DNA of 20,000 nt from an uncultured virus (IMG/VR IMGVR_UViG_2795385501_000005) (IMGVR_UViG_2795385501_000005:49932-69931), one strand, 5' to 3'; shown: positions 7,783 through 15,251, numbered from the stretch's first letter. Notes: generated by a model not told the origin, from the sequence alone. Translations and numbers: made by a program.

Positions 7783-7825
7783 AAACACAATTCGTGTTGA
7801 CGATCAAAACACAATCTGTGATTAT
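7783..7825 (+). promoter_or_regulatory. pL promoter with two OL operators
   Basis: TTGACG(7797-7802)-N17-GATTAT(7820-7825); AAACAC-AATTC-GTGTTG (7783-7799) and AAACAC-AATCT-GTGATT (7807-7823). Confidence 0.85.
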
Positions 7826-7872
7826 TTATCCCATCAACACGGCAGGACGCCGAAGTGGTACGACAGGAAGCA

Positions 7873-7908
7873 CGCTCTTTAACAATTAGATTGCCCTGAT
7901 ACGAGGGC
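7873..7908 (+). promoter_or_regulatory. nutL (boxA CGCTCTTTAACA, boxB GCCCT-GATACG-AGGGC)
   Basis: Consensus boxA and a hairpin with the same stem as nutR, between pL and N. Confidence 0.9.
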
Positions 7909-7920
7909 ACCAAAGAGAAG

Positions 7921-8054
7921 TTGGCTTTGGCGGTGCTGGTAAGACAACGGCCTTGTGAATAAGCAAACCGGATCGCAATGCGAACGTGATGCCAAATCGA
8001 TAGCTGTTAGAAGCATCAAGGAAATCCGGTAACTACCGGCACCACCAAAGCCAA
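7921..8054 (+). promoter_or_regulatory. N-leader long stem, probable RNase III processing site
   Basis: TTGGCTTTGGCGGTGCTGGTA (7921-7941) pairs with TACCGGCACCACCAAAGCCAA (8034-8054): 19 of 21 Watson-Crick plus one U-G; same position as the lambda N-leader RNase III site. Confidence 0.8.
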
Positions 8055-8069
8055 TCACCGGAGGTAATC

Positions 8070-8303
8070 ATGAATTCGAGAGAGCGACGCACAGCTCGTT
8101 ACAGAGCTAAATGTGCAGCAGAGGGTCGGTTAGAAAAGAACATCGCTACAGCCCTCACAGGCTGCACAGCTCGGGTATACAAAGCAACGATTCCTGTACC
8201 GGTTCGCAGCGCCGAGCAGCCAAGCGCGGACAATATATGTTTGCCTGAAGTGGCTAAGTTTGCAGCAGGCTTCCGTAAGAGTGAGAGCGTTACGGCGCGG
8301 TAG
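8070..8303 (+). CDS. N: Antitermination protein N
   Basis: Arg-rich N-terminus MNSRERRTARYRAK, C-terminal CLPEVAKFAAGFRKS; first pL gene; GGAGG RBS. Confidence 0.88.
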   Translation: MNSRERRTARYRAKCAAEGRLEKNIATALTGCTARVYKATIPVPVRSAEQPSADNICLPEVAKFAAGFRKSESVTAR

Positions 8304-8308
8304 TGATT

Positions 8309-8806
8309 TTAGTAGCGCTTCATGCTGTGTGGGATATGTACATCAGGGAGCGGTGGTACTTTATTCATGCGGTATTCATTTTGGCATCGGGGGCACTGAT
8401 GAACAAAGAAATTATTGGACTTAACTGTTTGAATGCTAGGCTGAAGTATAGATATCTGGTGATCGCCGAAGCAGTGTGCACAAAGGTCATGAGGCTCAAT
8501 AACGTCATCGGAAGAAGACTTAGATCTGTACACGACAGATCCACCTTCCGTTTTGTGAAGTTCGTAGTTCTCGGCCTGCACAATAAACATCTCGATTTTG
8601 TTATTTTCTTCGCGAAGCTGTCCTGTGATGTATCGCTCAGCCTGATAAAGGCCAGAGAGTTCCGCATTAAGCATCTGTAACTCAGTAATTTTTTCTGAAA
8701 GATCACCTGCTGCTTTCCTGATAACTAATTCATCACGACTTTCTTTTATTATCTTCAATAAATCAAAAGCTTGCTTTGCTGCAGTCAAACTAGAAAAAAC
8801 GTCCAT
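8309..8806 (-). CDS. Counter-oriented accessory gene (165 aa): coiled coil plus C-terminal Zn finger (CAHC...CPRC)
   Basis: Longest ORF here, AT-rich, located in the sieB position of lambda/P22. Confidence 0.8.
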   Translation of the reverse strand: MDVFSSLTAAKQAFDLLKIIKESRDELVIRKAAGDLSEKITELQMLNAELSGLYQAERYITGQLREENNKIEMFIVQAENYELHKTEGGSVVYRSKSSSDDVIEPHDLCAHCFGDHQISILQPSIQTVKSNNFFVHQCPRCQNEYRMNKVPPLPDVHIPHSMKRY

Positions 8807-8974
8807 TTGAATAATTCTCTAACTGTAGGGGTGATTACAGTTTATTCGATTTCTTGCTGTAGGGGTATAGCAGAACCACCGCCGCCTGACGTGGTTAAAG
8901 ATAGTTCAGGCAACTATTTATTGGTCATCGCACCAACCGCAAAGAAGCCCACCACATAGTTAAGGGGTAAGAGA

Positions 8975-9157
8975 ATGACACTTTCTTTCACTGTTCTGGC
9001 TGGCAAGCCGGATAACGACGACGGCGCGTATTACGAGAACATTAAGTTCTGTGACAGCGCTGACAGCATGGAAGCTGCGCAGAAGATTGTTCAGGACAAC
9101 AAGCTTTATACCTATCCGATATGTCGGATTGAGGTTACAGGATTCAAGGCTGCATAA
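8975..9157 (+). CDS. Hypothetical protein (60 aa)
   Basis: TAAGGGG RBS; followed by a terminator. Confidence 0.7.
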   Translation: MTLSFTVLAGKPDNDDGAYYENIKFCDSADSMEAAQKIVQDNKLYTYPICRIEVTGFKAA

Positions 9158-9171
9158 CGCGGCCTTTTTTA
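9147..9171 (+). terminator. Intrinsic terminator (tL-type)
   Basis: AAGGCTGC-ATAAC-GCGGCCTT followed by Ts. Confidence 0.75.
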
Positions 9172-9193
9172 TTGGCTGGTAAATGAGGAATGA

Positions 9194-9316
9194 ATGATGA
9201 GTCAATATCGAAACATAAGCATTGAATGGCTTCAGCGAATGCATGCGGATGGATATGTAGCTCTGTGTGACGGTGATTTACAGGAAGTATTAGATTTCAT
9301 CTCGGAACCCCAGTGA
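9194..9316 (+). CDS. 40-aa microprotein MMSQYRNISIEWLQRMHADGYVALCDGDLQEVLDFISEPQ
   Basis: GAGGA RBS; fills the intergenic gap; absent from the ORF track. Confidence 0.6.
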   Translation: MMSQYRNISIEWLQRMHADGYVALCDGDLQEVLDFISEPQ

Positions 9317-9371
9317 TCTTACCCCTGCCACTTAACCGGTGGCAGCAATAAGACCACTGAAACAAACAACG

Positions 9372-9393
9372 AGCTGCTTAATGCGGCTTTTTT
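9372..9393 (+). terminator. Intrinsic terminator
   Basis: AGCTGC-TTAAT-GCGGCT followed by TTTTT. Confidence 0.7.
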
Positions 9394-9417
9394 ATTCCAA
9401 AAATTCAAGGAAGCAGC

Positions 9418-10485
9418 ATGAGCAAAGAAACAGTTATTACCTTTAAAGGCTTCGACCAAAATCTTCAGTGCCGTGGCTACCAGTTCGAAATTGGCAAAAC
9501 GTATACGCATGAGGGCAAGGTCGAGGCATGCGGCTCTGGCTTCCACGCTTGTGAATGCCCATTTGATGTTTTCGGATATTACCCGCCAACAAATAGCCGG
9601 TATGCAGTAACTGAATCATTTGGTGTTATTGACCGCGAAGATGATGGCGATACAAAAATCGCAAGCGCCAGCATAACCATCACAGAAGAACTAACCCTCC
9701 CTCAGTTTATTCAGCGCGGGATTGATTGGATCTGGAGCAAAGTTGATAAGTCGCTTGAACAGCAGATCATGACCGGAAACCAGTCAGCGGCAACCAACAC
9801 TGGCAACTGGTCAGCGGCAACCAACACTGGCTACCAGTCAGCGGCAACCAACACTGGCGACTGGTCAGCGGCAACCAACACTGGCTACCAGTCAGCGGCA
9901 ACCAACACTGGCGACCGGTCAGCGGCAACCAACACTGGCAACCAGTCAGCGGCAATCAACACTGGCTACTGGTCAGCGGCAACCAACACTGGCTACCGGT
10001 CAGCGGCAACCAACACTGGCTACCAGTCAGCGGCAACCAACACTGGCGACCGGTCAGCGGCAACCAACACTGGCTACCGGTCAGCGGCAACCAACACTGG
10101 CAACTGGTCAGCGGCAACCAACACTGGCTACCAGTCAGCGGCAACCAACACTGGCAACTGGTCAGCGGCAACCAACACTGGCTACCGGTCAGCGGCAACC
10201 AACACTGGCTACCAGTCAGCGGCAACCAACACTGGCAACCGGTCAGCGGCAACCAACACTGGCGACTGGTCAGCGGCAGAGGTGTCTGGATCGCAATCTG
10301 TAGCGGCTTCATTCGGTGATGGTGGAAAGGCTAAAGCGTCAGAAAGCGGCGCAATCGTCCTGTGCTACCGAAATGGCGAAGGCGAACTAATTCATATCCG
10401 TGCCAGTAAAGTAGGCGAGAACGGAATTAAGCCGGATGTTTGGTATTCGCTGAATGAGAATGGCGAGTTTGTAGAAGCGGAATAA
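9418..10485 (+). CDS. Phage repeat protein (355 aa): conserved N-terminal domain (KGFD..L.CRG.Q.E.GK...GFHAC, DUF7666-like), 9-aa tandem repeats, C-terminal cap
   Basis: Long ORF with AAGGA RBS; repeats SAATNTG[NYD][QWR]. Confidence 0.88.
   Translation: MSKETVITFKGFDQNLQCRGYQFEIGKTYTHEGKVEACGSGFHACECPFDVFGYYPPTNSRYAVTESFGVIDREDDGDTKIASASITITEELTLPQFIQRGIDWIWSKVDKSLEQQIMTGNQSAATNTGNWSAATNTGYQSAATNTGDWSAATNTGYQSAATNTGDRSAATNTGNQSAAINTGYWSAATNTGYRSAATNTGYQSAATNTGDRSAATNTGYRSAATNTGNWSAATNTGYQSAATNTGNWSAATNTGYRSAATNTGYQSAATNTGNRSAATNTGDWSAAEVSGSQSVAASFGDGGKAKASESGAIVLCYRNGEGELIHIRASKVGENGIKPDVWYSLNENGEFVEAE
9778..10278 (+). repeat. 27-bp coding tandem repeat, 18 complete units TCAGCGGCAACCAACACTGGC-[AAC/TAC/GAC]-[CAG/TGG/CGG]
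   Basis: Units begin at 9784 with exact 27-bp period to 10269; one ACC-to-ATC variant. Confidence 0.97.
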
Positions 10486-10509
10486 CCCCTCCAACTAAAT
10501 AGGTGAGAT

Positions 10510-10995
10510 ATGAAAGAGGTAATTTGGAAAAATCCATCTGAACTTCCAGTTGTAAAGCGTGGAGGCGATATAAAAATATGGGCCGTTGTTGATATCTACC
10601 AGTATGAAATTAAATATGGCGGCCTTGGTATAGATGGAAAAGCAGAGCGAATAGCAACATTAAAAGAGGTTAATCGCCGAGTAGTTGAGTTGAATTATTT
10701 GAACGCCGAAGCAACCCATGAAGAACTGCTTTCTTTTGAAGAGAATGGTGATTTTCCACCTGGCACCCCTAGCGGCTTAGATGACTGGACTAACGAAGAT
10801 GGCGAGTTTATTGGATTCACTGGCTACTACGCTCAGTACCCAGATGAAGGTCGAATGTATTTCGAAGAGTTCAAGTTAGGCGCTGATGGCAAATACCAAA
10901 CAACTAGCAATTGGACTGACAAACTACCTGAGCGTGTTCTGCTAGCATGGGGAGAGTTTGAAAAGCCAACAGTCCCTGAATCTATACCAGAATAA
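10510..10995 (+). CDS. Hypothetical acidic protein (161 aa)
   Basis: TAGGTGAG RBS; long ORF in operon orientation. Confidence 0.8.
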   Translation: MKEVIWKNPSELPVVKRGGDIKIWAVVDIYQYEIKYGGLGIDGKAERIATLKEVNRRVVELNYLNAEATHEELLSFEENGDFPPGTPSGLDDWTNEDGEFIGFTGYYAQYPDEGRMYFEEFKLGADGKYQTTSNWTDKLPERVLLAWGEFEKPTVPESIPE

Positions 10996-11074
10996 CCCCC
11001 CCCACCAATCCCCAGAGTAAATAACTGACATCATCGTCGGTGTTTTGCTGTGGGCTAAACACAAGGAAATGAGC

Positions 11075-11278
11075 ATGGGTATTTTATTTACCAACACAGA
11101 CACAAACCCCTCAGTTGATAGCGGAAAGTCCAAAGCGGTGAAAATCGGCGACTTCACAATATCAAATTATGCAGACGGAATAATTTGGATTGAATCCGAT
11201 TCGGCTGGTGACGCTGGGTCATTTGACTTCAAAAAGTTCGAATCCGCCATTAAGTCTTTTTACGAAGCAAACTTATAA
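11075..11278 (+). CDS. Hypothetical protein (67 aa; alternative start 11069)
   Basis: AAGGA RBS; bracketed by a 15-bp direct repeat. Confidence 0.7.
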   Translation: MGILFTNTDTNPSVDSGKSKAVKIGDFTISNYADGIIWIESDSAGDAGSFDFKKFESAIKSFYEANL

Positions 11279-11288
11279 GGAAATGAGC

Positions 11289-12304
11289 ATGAGTGATGAA
11301 AAAAAGGAACTGGCGCTCGTCACCTTGCCAGCTGAAAAAGTAGATTTGGAAGTTGCGTTACTGAATGACAAATTCATTGATGAGCTGATTGATAACGTTC
11401 GCAAGACAGCCGGTTCAGTGGTTGGCGACCTGAATACGGCAAAGGGTCGCGGCGTTTATACACGATGGCTGACAAAGTGCGTAAATCTAAAGCAGCATTT
11501 GAGGTTCGCGCCAAAGAGTTAGTTGCTGAGCTAAAAGCACGGCCTGCTCTGATAGATGCCAACAGAAAAAAGTTTCGTGACGAACTGGATAATATTGCAG
11601 TAGCAATCCGAAAGCCGGTTACTGATTGGGAGGCCGAACAGGAACGTGTCGCAGCCGAAGAAGCTTACTCGGCCATGTGGCAGGAAGCCCATGAAATGGA
11701 CGCCAGCATTACAGCAGAACGGGCAGCCAAGAAAGAGTCTGACCATGAGATGGCCCTGCTGATGAATGACGCTTTCGACCGTGACGCCAAAGCGAAAGCT
11801 GATGAAGTTGAGCGCCTGCGGAAAGCACATGAAGAATTCATTGCTCAACAGGCAGCAGAGAAATCGAAGCGTGAAGCTGAAGAGAAAGCCAAGCGTGACA
11901 TTGAAGCAGCGGAACAACGTGAACGTGATGCAAAACTAGCTCAGGAACGAGCAGAACAGGCCGCCAAGGATGCCGCAGCCAAAGCTGAGCGTGATGCCAA
12001 GGAATTAGCTGAACGCGTCGAGCGCGAGAAGCAGGAAGCTATCGCAGCCGAGAAACTTAAAGCACAGCAGGAAGCTGAGCGAGTTCAACGTGAAGCCAAG
12101 CAGAAAGAAGATGCCCGGTTAGCTGAAGAGAAACGTGTTGCTGATGAAGCAGCCAAGCGCGCGGCTGACGTTGAACACCGTCGCACCATCAACCGCCAAG
12201 CAGTAGCCGACTTAATTGCAAACGGATTGCCAGAAGATTGCGCACAGAAATGTGTAGCCGCTATCGCTAAGAACCTCATTTCCTCAGTTCGTATCACTTA
12301 CTAA
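11289..12304 (+). pseudogene. Long coiled-coil phage protein (often annotated TolA-like), split by an apparent 1-nt deletion near 11460-11464
   Basis: MSDEKKELALV...DLNTAKGRGVY in one frame continues as MADKVRKSK in another; relatives have a continuous DL.T.KGR....MA.KV..SK motif. Confidence 0.75.
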
Positions 12305-12330
12305 TCAAACTTAAATTTCAGGAGCCACTC

Positions 12331-12462
12331 ATGTACCAATTCGTACTAACTGGCGATGCCGTCATGGGTCGCTATTGCCAACATCAGCCAAAAGTAAAAA
12401 ACACCAATCCGTGGATCCGCTGGTTTCTCAGCATATTTCAACAGAAAGGTAATCCGCTATGA
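12331..12462 (+). CDS. CIII-like peptide (43 aa, MYQFVLTGDAVMG...WIRWFLSIFQQKGNPL)
   Basis: AGGAG RBS; G...MG N-terminus and amphipathic ...Q.G.P C-terminus echo P22 c3/lambda cIII; lies upstream of the recombination genes. Confidence 0.55.
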   Translation: MYQFVLTGDAVMGRYCQHQPKVKNTNPWIRWFLSIFQQKGNPL

Positions 12463-12755
12463 CACCTACCGACATTACCGAAGCAAGGAAGCTTTATAGC
12501 TCATTGAACGAGCAAGATTTAGAACAAGCTGGACAAGTCGCAGAGAGGCAGGAAAAGGCACTGCGGGTTCATAACCTAATTAAAACCTTTGAACACCTCC
12601 CTGAATTCGACCGTGAAGCTTTCAATATTTTAGTTGATGAGTACGACTTCGAGGGGCTCGACACCGCACTCTACAACGTCCTATTTGAGAATGCCAAATG
12701 GCAACAGGCGCTGGGAATACAGCGGCGACTGGCTGAGCATGATGAGGCGGCATGA
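12459..12755 (+). CDS. Hypothetical protein (98 aa) upstream of recE, in the gam/abc position
   Basis: ATGA coupling on both sides. Confidence 0.75.
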   Translation: MTPTDITEARKLYSSLNEQDLEQAGQVAERQEKALRVHNLIKTFEHLPEFDREAFNILVDEYDFEGLDTALYNVLFENAKWQQALGIQRRLAEHDEAA

Positions 12756-13573
12756 TGGAACCGGGCCACTATCAAGATATATCAAACGAGGATTATCACT
12801 CGGGTCCGGGGGTAAGTAAGTCGCAACTGGATGATGTGGCTATTAACCCCGCAATACTTACATGGAAGAAAACAGCGCCTGTAGATACGGAAAAGCTAAA
12901 GGCGCTGGATATGGGGACAGCACTCCACTGCCTGCTACTTGAACCTGATGAGTTCGATAAGCGATTCATCAAAGCGCCAGAGTTTAACCGGCGCACAACG
13001 GATGGTAAGGCAGCAGAAAAGGACTTTCTGAAAGAGTGCGAAGAGTCAGGGAAGACCGTAATGGACTTTGAACAGCACCGGAAGCTGGAACTGATGCAAG
13101 GGAGTGCAATGGCCCACCCGGCGGCCAGATACTTTTTAGAAGCAGAAGGATACTGCGAATCTTCAATCTATTGGACGGATGAAGAAACATCAGAACTATG
13201 CCGGATCCGACCGGACAAGTTTCTCACCAGTCAGCCAATCATAGTGGATGTGAAAAAAGTGGCTGACATGGATCGCTTCTCGCGACACATCGAAGAGTTC
13301 CGGTATCACGTGCAGGACGCTATGTACCGGGACGGCTATCTCAATCACTTCAACGAATACCCGACATTTCTGTTTATCGCAGTAAGCGAAACCATTAACT
13401 GTGGTCGATACCCCACCCGCGTATTTCAGCTCGATGCTGACGATGTAGCCGCTGGGCATGACCTTTACAGAAAGAACCTGCAAACCTATCACGAATGCCG
13501 ACTCACCAACGAATGGGGCGGTGTAGAAACCATTTACCGCCCGGCATGGGCAAGGAAAAAGAACAATGACTGA
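12752..13573 (+). CDS. recE: RecE / exonuclease VIII nuclease domain (PD-(D/E)XK, DUF3799-like)
   Basis: ISNEDYHSGPGVSKSQLD, GTALHCLLLEP, CRIRPD, DVK, YHVQDAMY. Confidence 0.93.
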   Translation: MMEPGHYQDISNEDYHSGPGVSKSQLDDVAINPAILTWKKTAPVDTEKLKALDMGTALHCLLLEPDEFDKRFIKAPEFNRRTTDGKAAEKDFLKECEESGKTVMDFEQHRKLELMQGSAMAHPAARYFLEAEGYCESSIYWTDEETSELCRIRPDKFLTSQPIIVDVKKVADMDRFSRHIEEFRYHVQDAMYRDGYLNHFNEYPTFLFIAVSETINCGRYPTRVFQLDADDVAAGHDLYRKNLQTYHECRLTNEWGGVETIYRPAWARKKNND

Positions 13574-14501
13574 CATCGCCAACATCGAACTCAGCAATGA
13601 GCCAGCTATCACCAATGCGAACGTGGCTATTTTTAGCCCTCAAAATCTGATGGCCATCCAAAATTTTGCAACGCTAATGGCAAGTGGCCGGTCAACAATC
13701 CCATCGCATCTTGCCGGTAACAAAGCTGATTGCATGGCTGTTGCAATGCAAGCCGTTCAATGGGGTATGAACCCGTTTGTTGTTGCCCAGAAAACCCACG
13801 TCGTCAGCGGAACGCTGGGGTATGAGGCGCAACTGGTCAACGCGGTAATTTACGCAATGGCACCTACAAAAGACCGGATTCATTATGAATGGTTTGGCCC
13901 ATGGGAAAACGTGATCGGCAAGTTCGCAGAAAAAGTTTCAAAGAACGGCAATAAATACATAGCACCAGACTGGACTCTGGCAGACGAGAAAGGCTTAGGG
14001 ATTCGAGTGTGGGCGACGATGAAGGGGGAGGATGAACCGCGCGTTCTTGAGCTTCTTCTGTCTCAGGCTCAGGTGAGAAACTCCACCCTGTGGGCAAGCG
14101 ACCCTAAGCAACAATTGGCCTATCTAGCCGTTAAGCGCTGGTCTCGCCTCTACTGCCCCGAGGTTATTCTCGGCGTTTACTCCACTGATGAATTGGACGG
14201 AAAACCAAAGCCTGAGCGAGATGTAACCCCGCGCACCAATGCCGACCTGAACAAGATGATCAACACCAAGAAAGCGGAGCCAATCGAGGGCGAACTGGAG
14301 ACGACAAAAGTAGATGAGCGCTCACCTGATGCCCTGCTTGCTGACTTCACCAACGCAGCCAGCAACGCAAAGTCAGTTGCAGATCTGGAGAAATTCTTCA
14401 AATACAGCCAGCGTGTCCTCGCTAGCCACCCCGACCAGCTGGAAAAGGCGATCGACATTTACAGCATCAGAAAAGCTGAGATGGAAGAATCCGTGGGGTA
14501 A
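13566..14501 (+). CDS. recT: RecT-family single-strand annealing protein
   Basis: IPSHLAGNKADCMAVAMQAVQWGMNPFVVAQKT...W..DPKQQLAYLAVKRWSRLYCPEVILGVY; coupled to recE. Confidence 0.92.
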   Translation: MTDIANIELSNEPAITNANVAIFSPQNLMAIQNFATLMASGRSTIPSHLAGNKADCMAVAMQAVQWGMNPFVVAQKTHVVSGTLGYEAQLVNAVIYAMAPTKDRIHYEWFGPWENVIGKFAEKVSKNGNKYIAPDWTLADEKGLGIRVWATMKGEDEPRVLELLLSQAQVRNSTLWASDPKQQLAYLAVKRWSRLYCPEVILGVYSTDELDGKPKPERDVTPRTNADLNKMINTKKAEPIEGELETTKVDERSPDALLADFTNAASNAKSVADLEKFFKYSQRVLASHPDQLEKAIDIYSIRKAEMEESVG

Positions 14502-14508
14502 CAGATAT

Positions 14509-14691
14509 ATGGATAATCCGCATGGAAACATCACGGTAGGCGCGGTGACGCTACCTTATNCCCGAATACATCATGGATGGATTACCCCGAAGAACCGCAT
14601 TGAACGGAACCCATTTAAAGCGCAATTGATTGCGGAGCGGTTCAACTCATGCTTGAAGCTATCAGTCGCTGCTAACGGACTGGTGGCTTAA
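14509..14691 (+). CDS. Lambda Orf60a-like (DUF1317) protein
   Basis: PHGNITVGAVTLPY...GW...RNPFKAQ matches the lambda orf60a pattern; contains one N base. Confidence 0.8.
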   Translation: MDNPHGNITVGAVTLPYXRIHHGWITPKNRIERNPFKAQLIAERFNSCLKLSVAANGLVA

Positions 14692-14740
14692 ATCCCTTAC
14701 CCCTCCACTTAACCGGCAGNCNGTCTGCTGAGGAATAGTT

Positions 14741-14875
14741 GTGTCAAAAATTCGAGAAGCCATTAACAAGGCACTCCAATACCGAGTCACTCCATCCGAG
14801 TGGCTTTTAATATTGTCGGTGATACTCGCTATCTGTTGTGCGGGTATTGCTTATCTGATTATCGATTCGTTTTGA
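14741..14875 (+). CDS. 44-aa single-pass membrane microprotein
   Basis: GAGGA RBS, GTG start, hydrophobic WLLILSVILAICCAGIAYLII. Confidence 0.6.
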   Translation: MSKIREAINKALQYRVTPSEWLLILSVILAICCAGIAYLIIDSF

Positions 14876-14885
14876 GGTGACTGAT

Positions 14886-15251
14886 ATGGCGAAGGAATAT
14901 TTTGTCATCAGCGTAAATCACACTATGCGCCATAGCCGCTACATACTTTTGTGGGCGGAAAACAACGCTGGATATAGAGGGAAAATAGAGTCTGCTGGGC
15001 GTTATGAAGAGGACAAGATTTTATCTTAAATCAGATATTACAACTCAGGATGCGACACTATTGCCGTTCCGTGTGAATTGCTGGAGCGTCTTGCCGTCCC
15101 TGTGGATGAAAATTTTTTCGATACTGAAGGCGGGGGATGGGTGATTAATTCTAGAAAAAATTGGATTGAGATTTTAAAACACACAATCTGCAAACCACAG
15201 CATGAGCCAAAGCCTGAATACAAAGGCTCACGTCGCAAGCAGGAGGCATGA
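14886..15251 (+). pseudogene. 121-codon hypothetical phage gene interrupted by in-frame TAA at 15027-15029
   Basis: GAGGTG RBS; frame continues past the stop and ends in an ATGA overlap with the next gene. Confidence 0.75.

Noticed and set aside
8303..8680. Plus-strand 125-aa ORF after N
   Set aside because: Antisense shadow of the 165-aa Zn-finger gene; no clear RBS and unconvincing composition
9778..10278. CRISPR array
   Set aside because: The variable part is only 6 nt with few alleles, the period is in frame within a long ORF, and no cas genes or leader are present
9778..10278. Diversity-generating retroelement target
   Set aside because: No reverse transcriptase or template repeat in the window; the AAC codons in the repeat core are invariant and the variation includes non-adenine positions
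9767..10312. Minus-strand ORFs with CWLPLTG repeats
   Set aside because: Shadow frames of the plus-strand tandem repeat; no credible RBS or context
11465..12304. Genuine TolA
   Set aside because: No TM anchor or TolA C-terminal domain; the resemblance is only low-complexity A/E/K/R coiled coil
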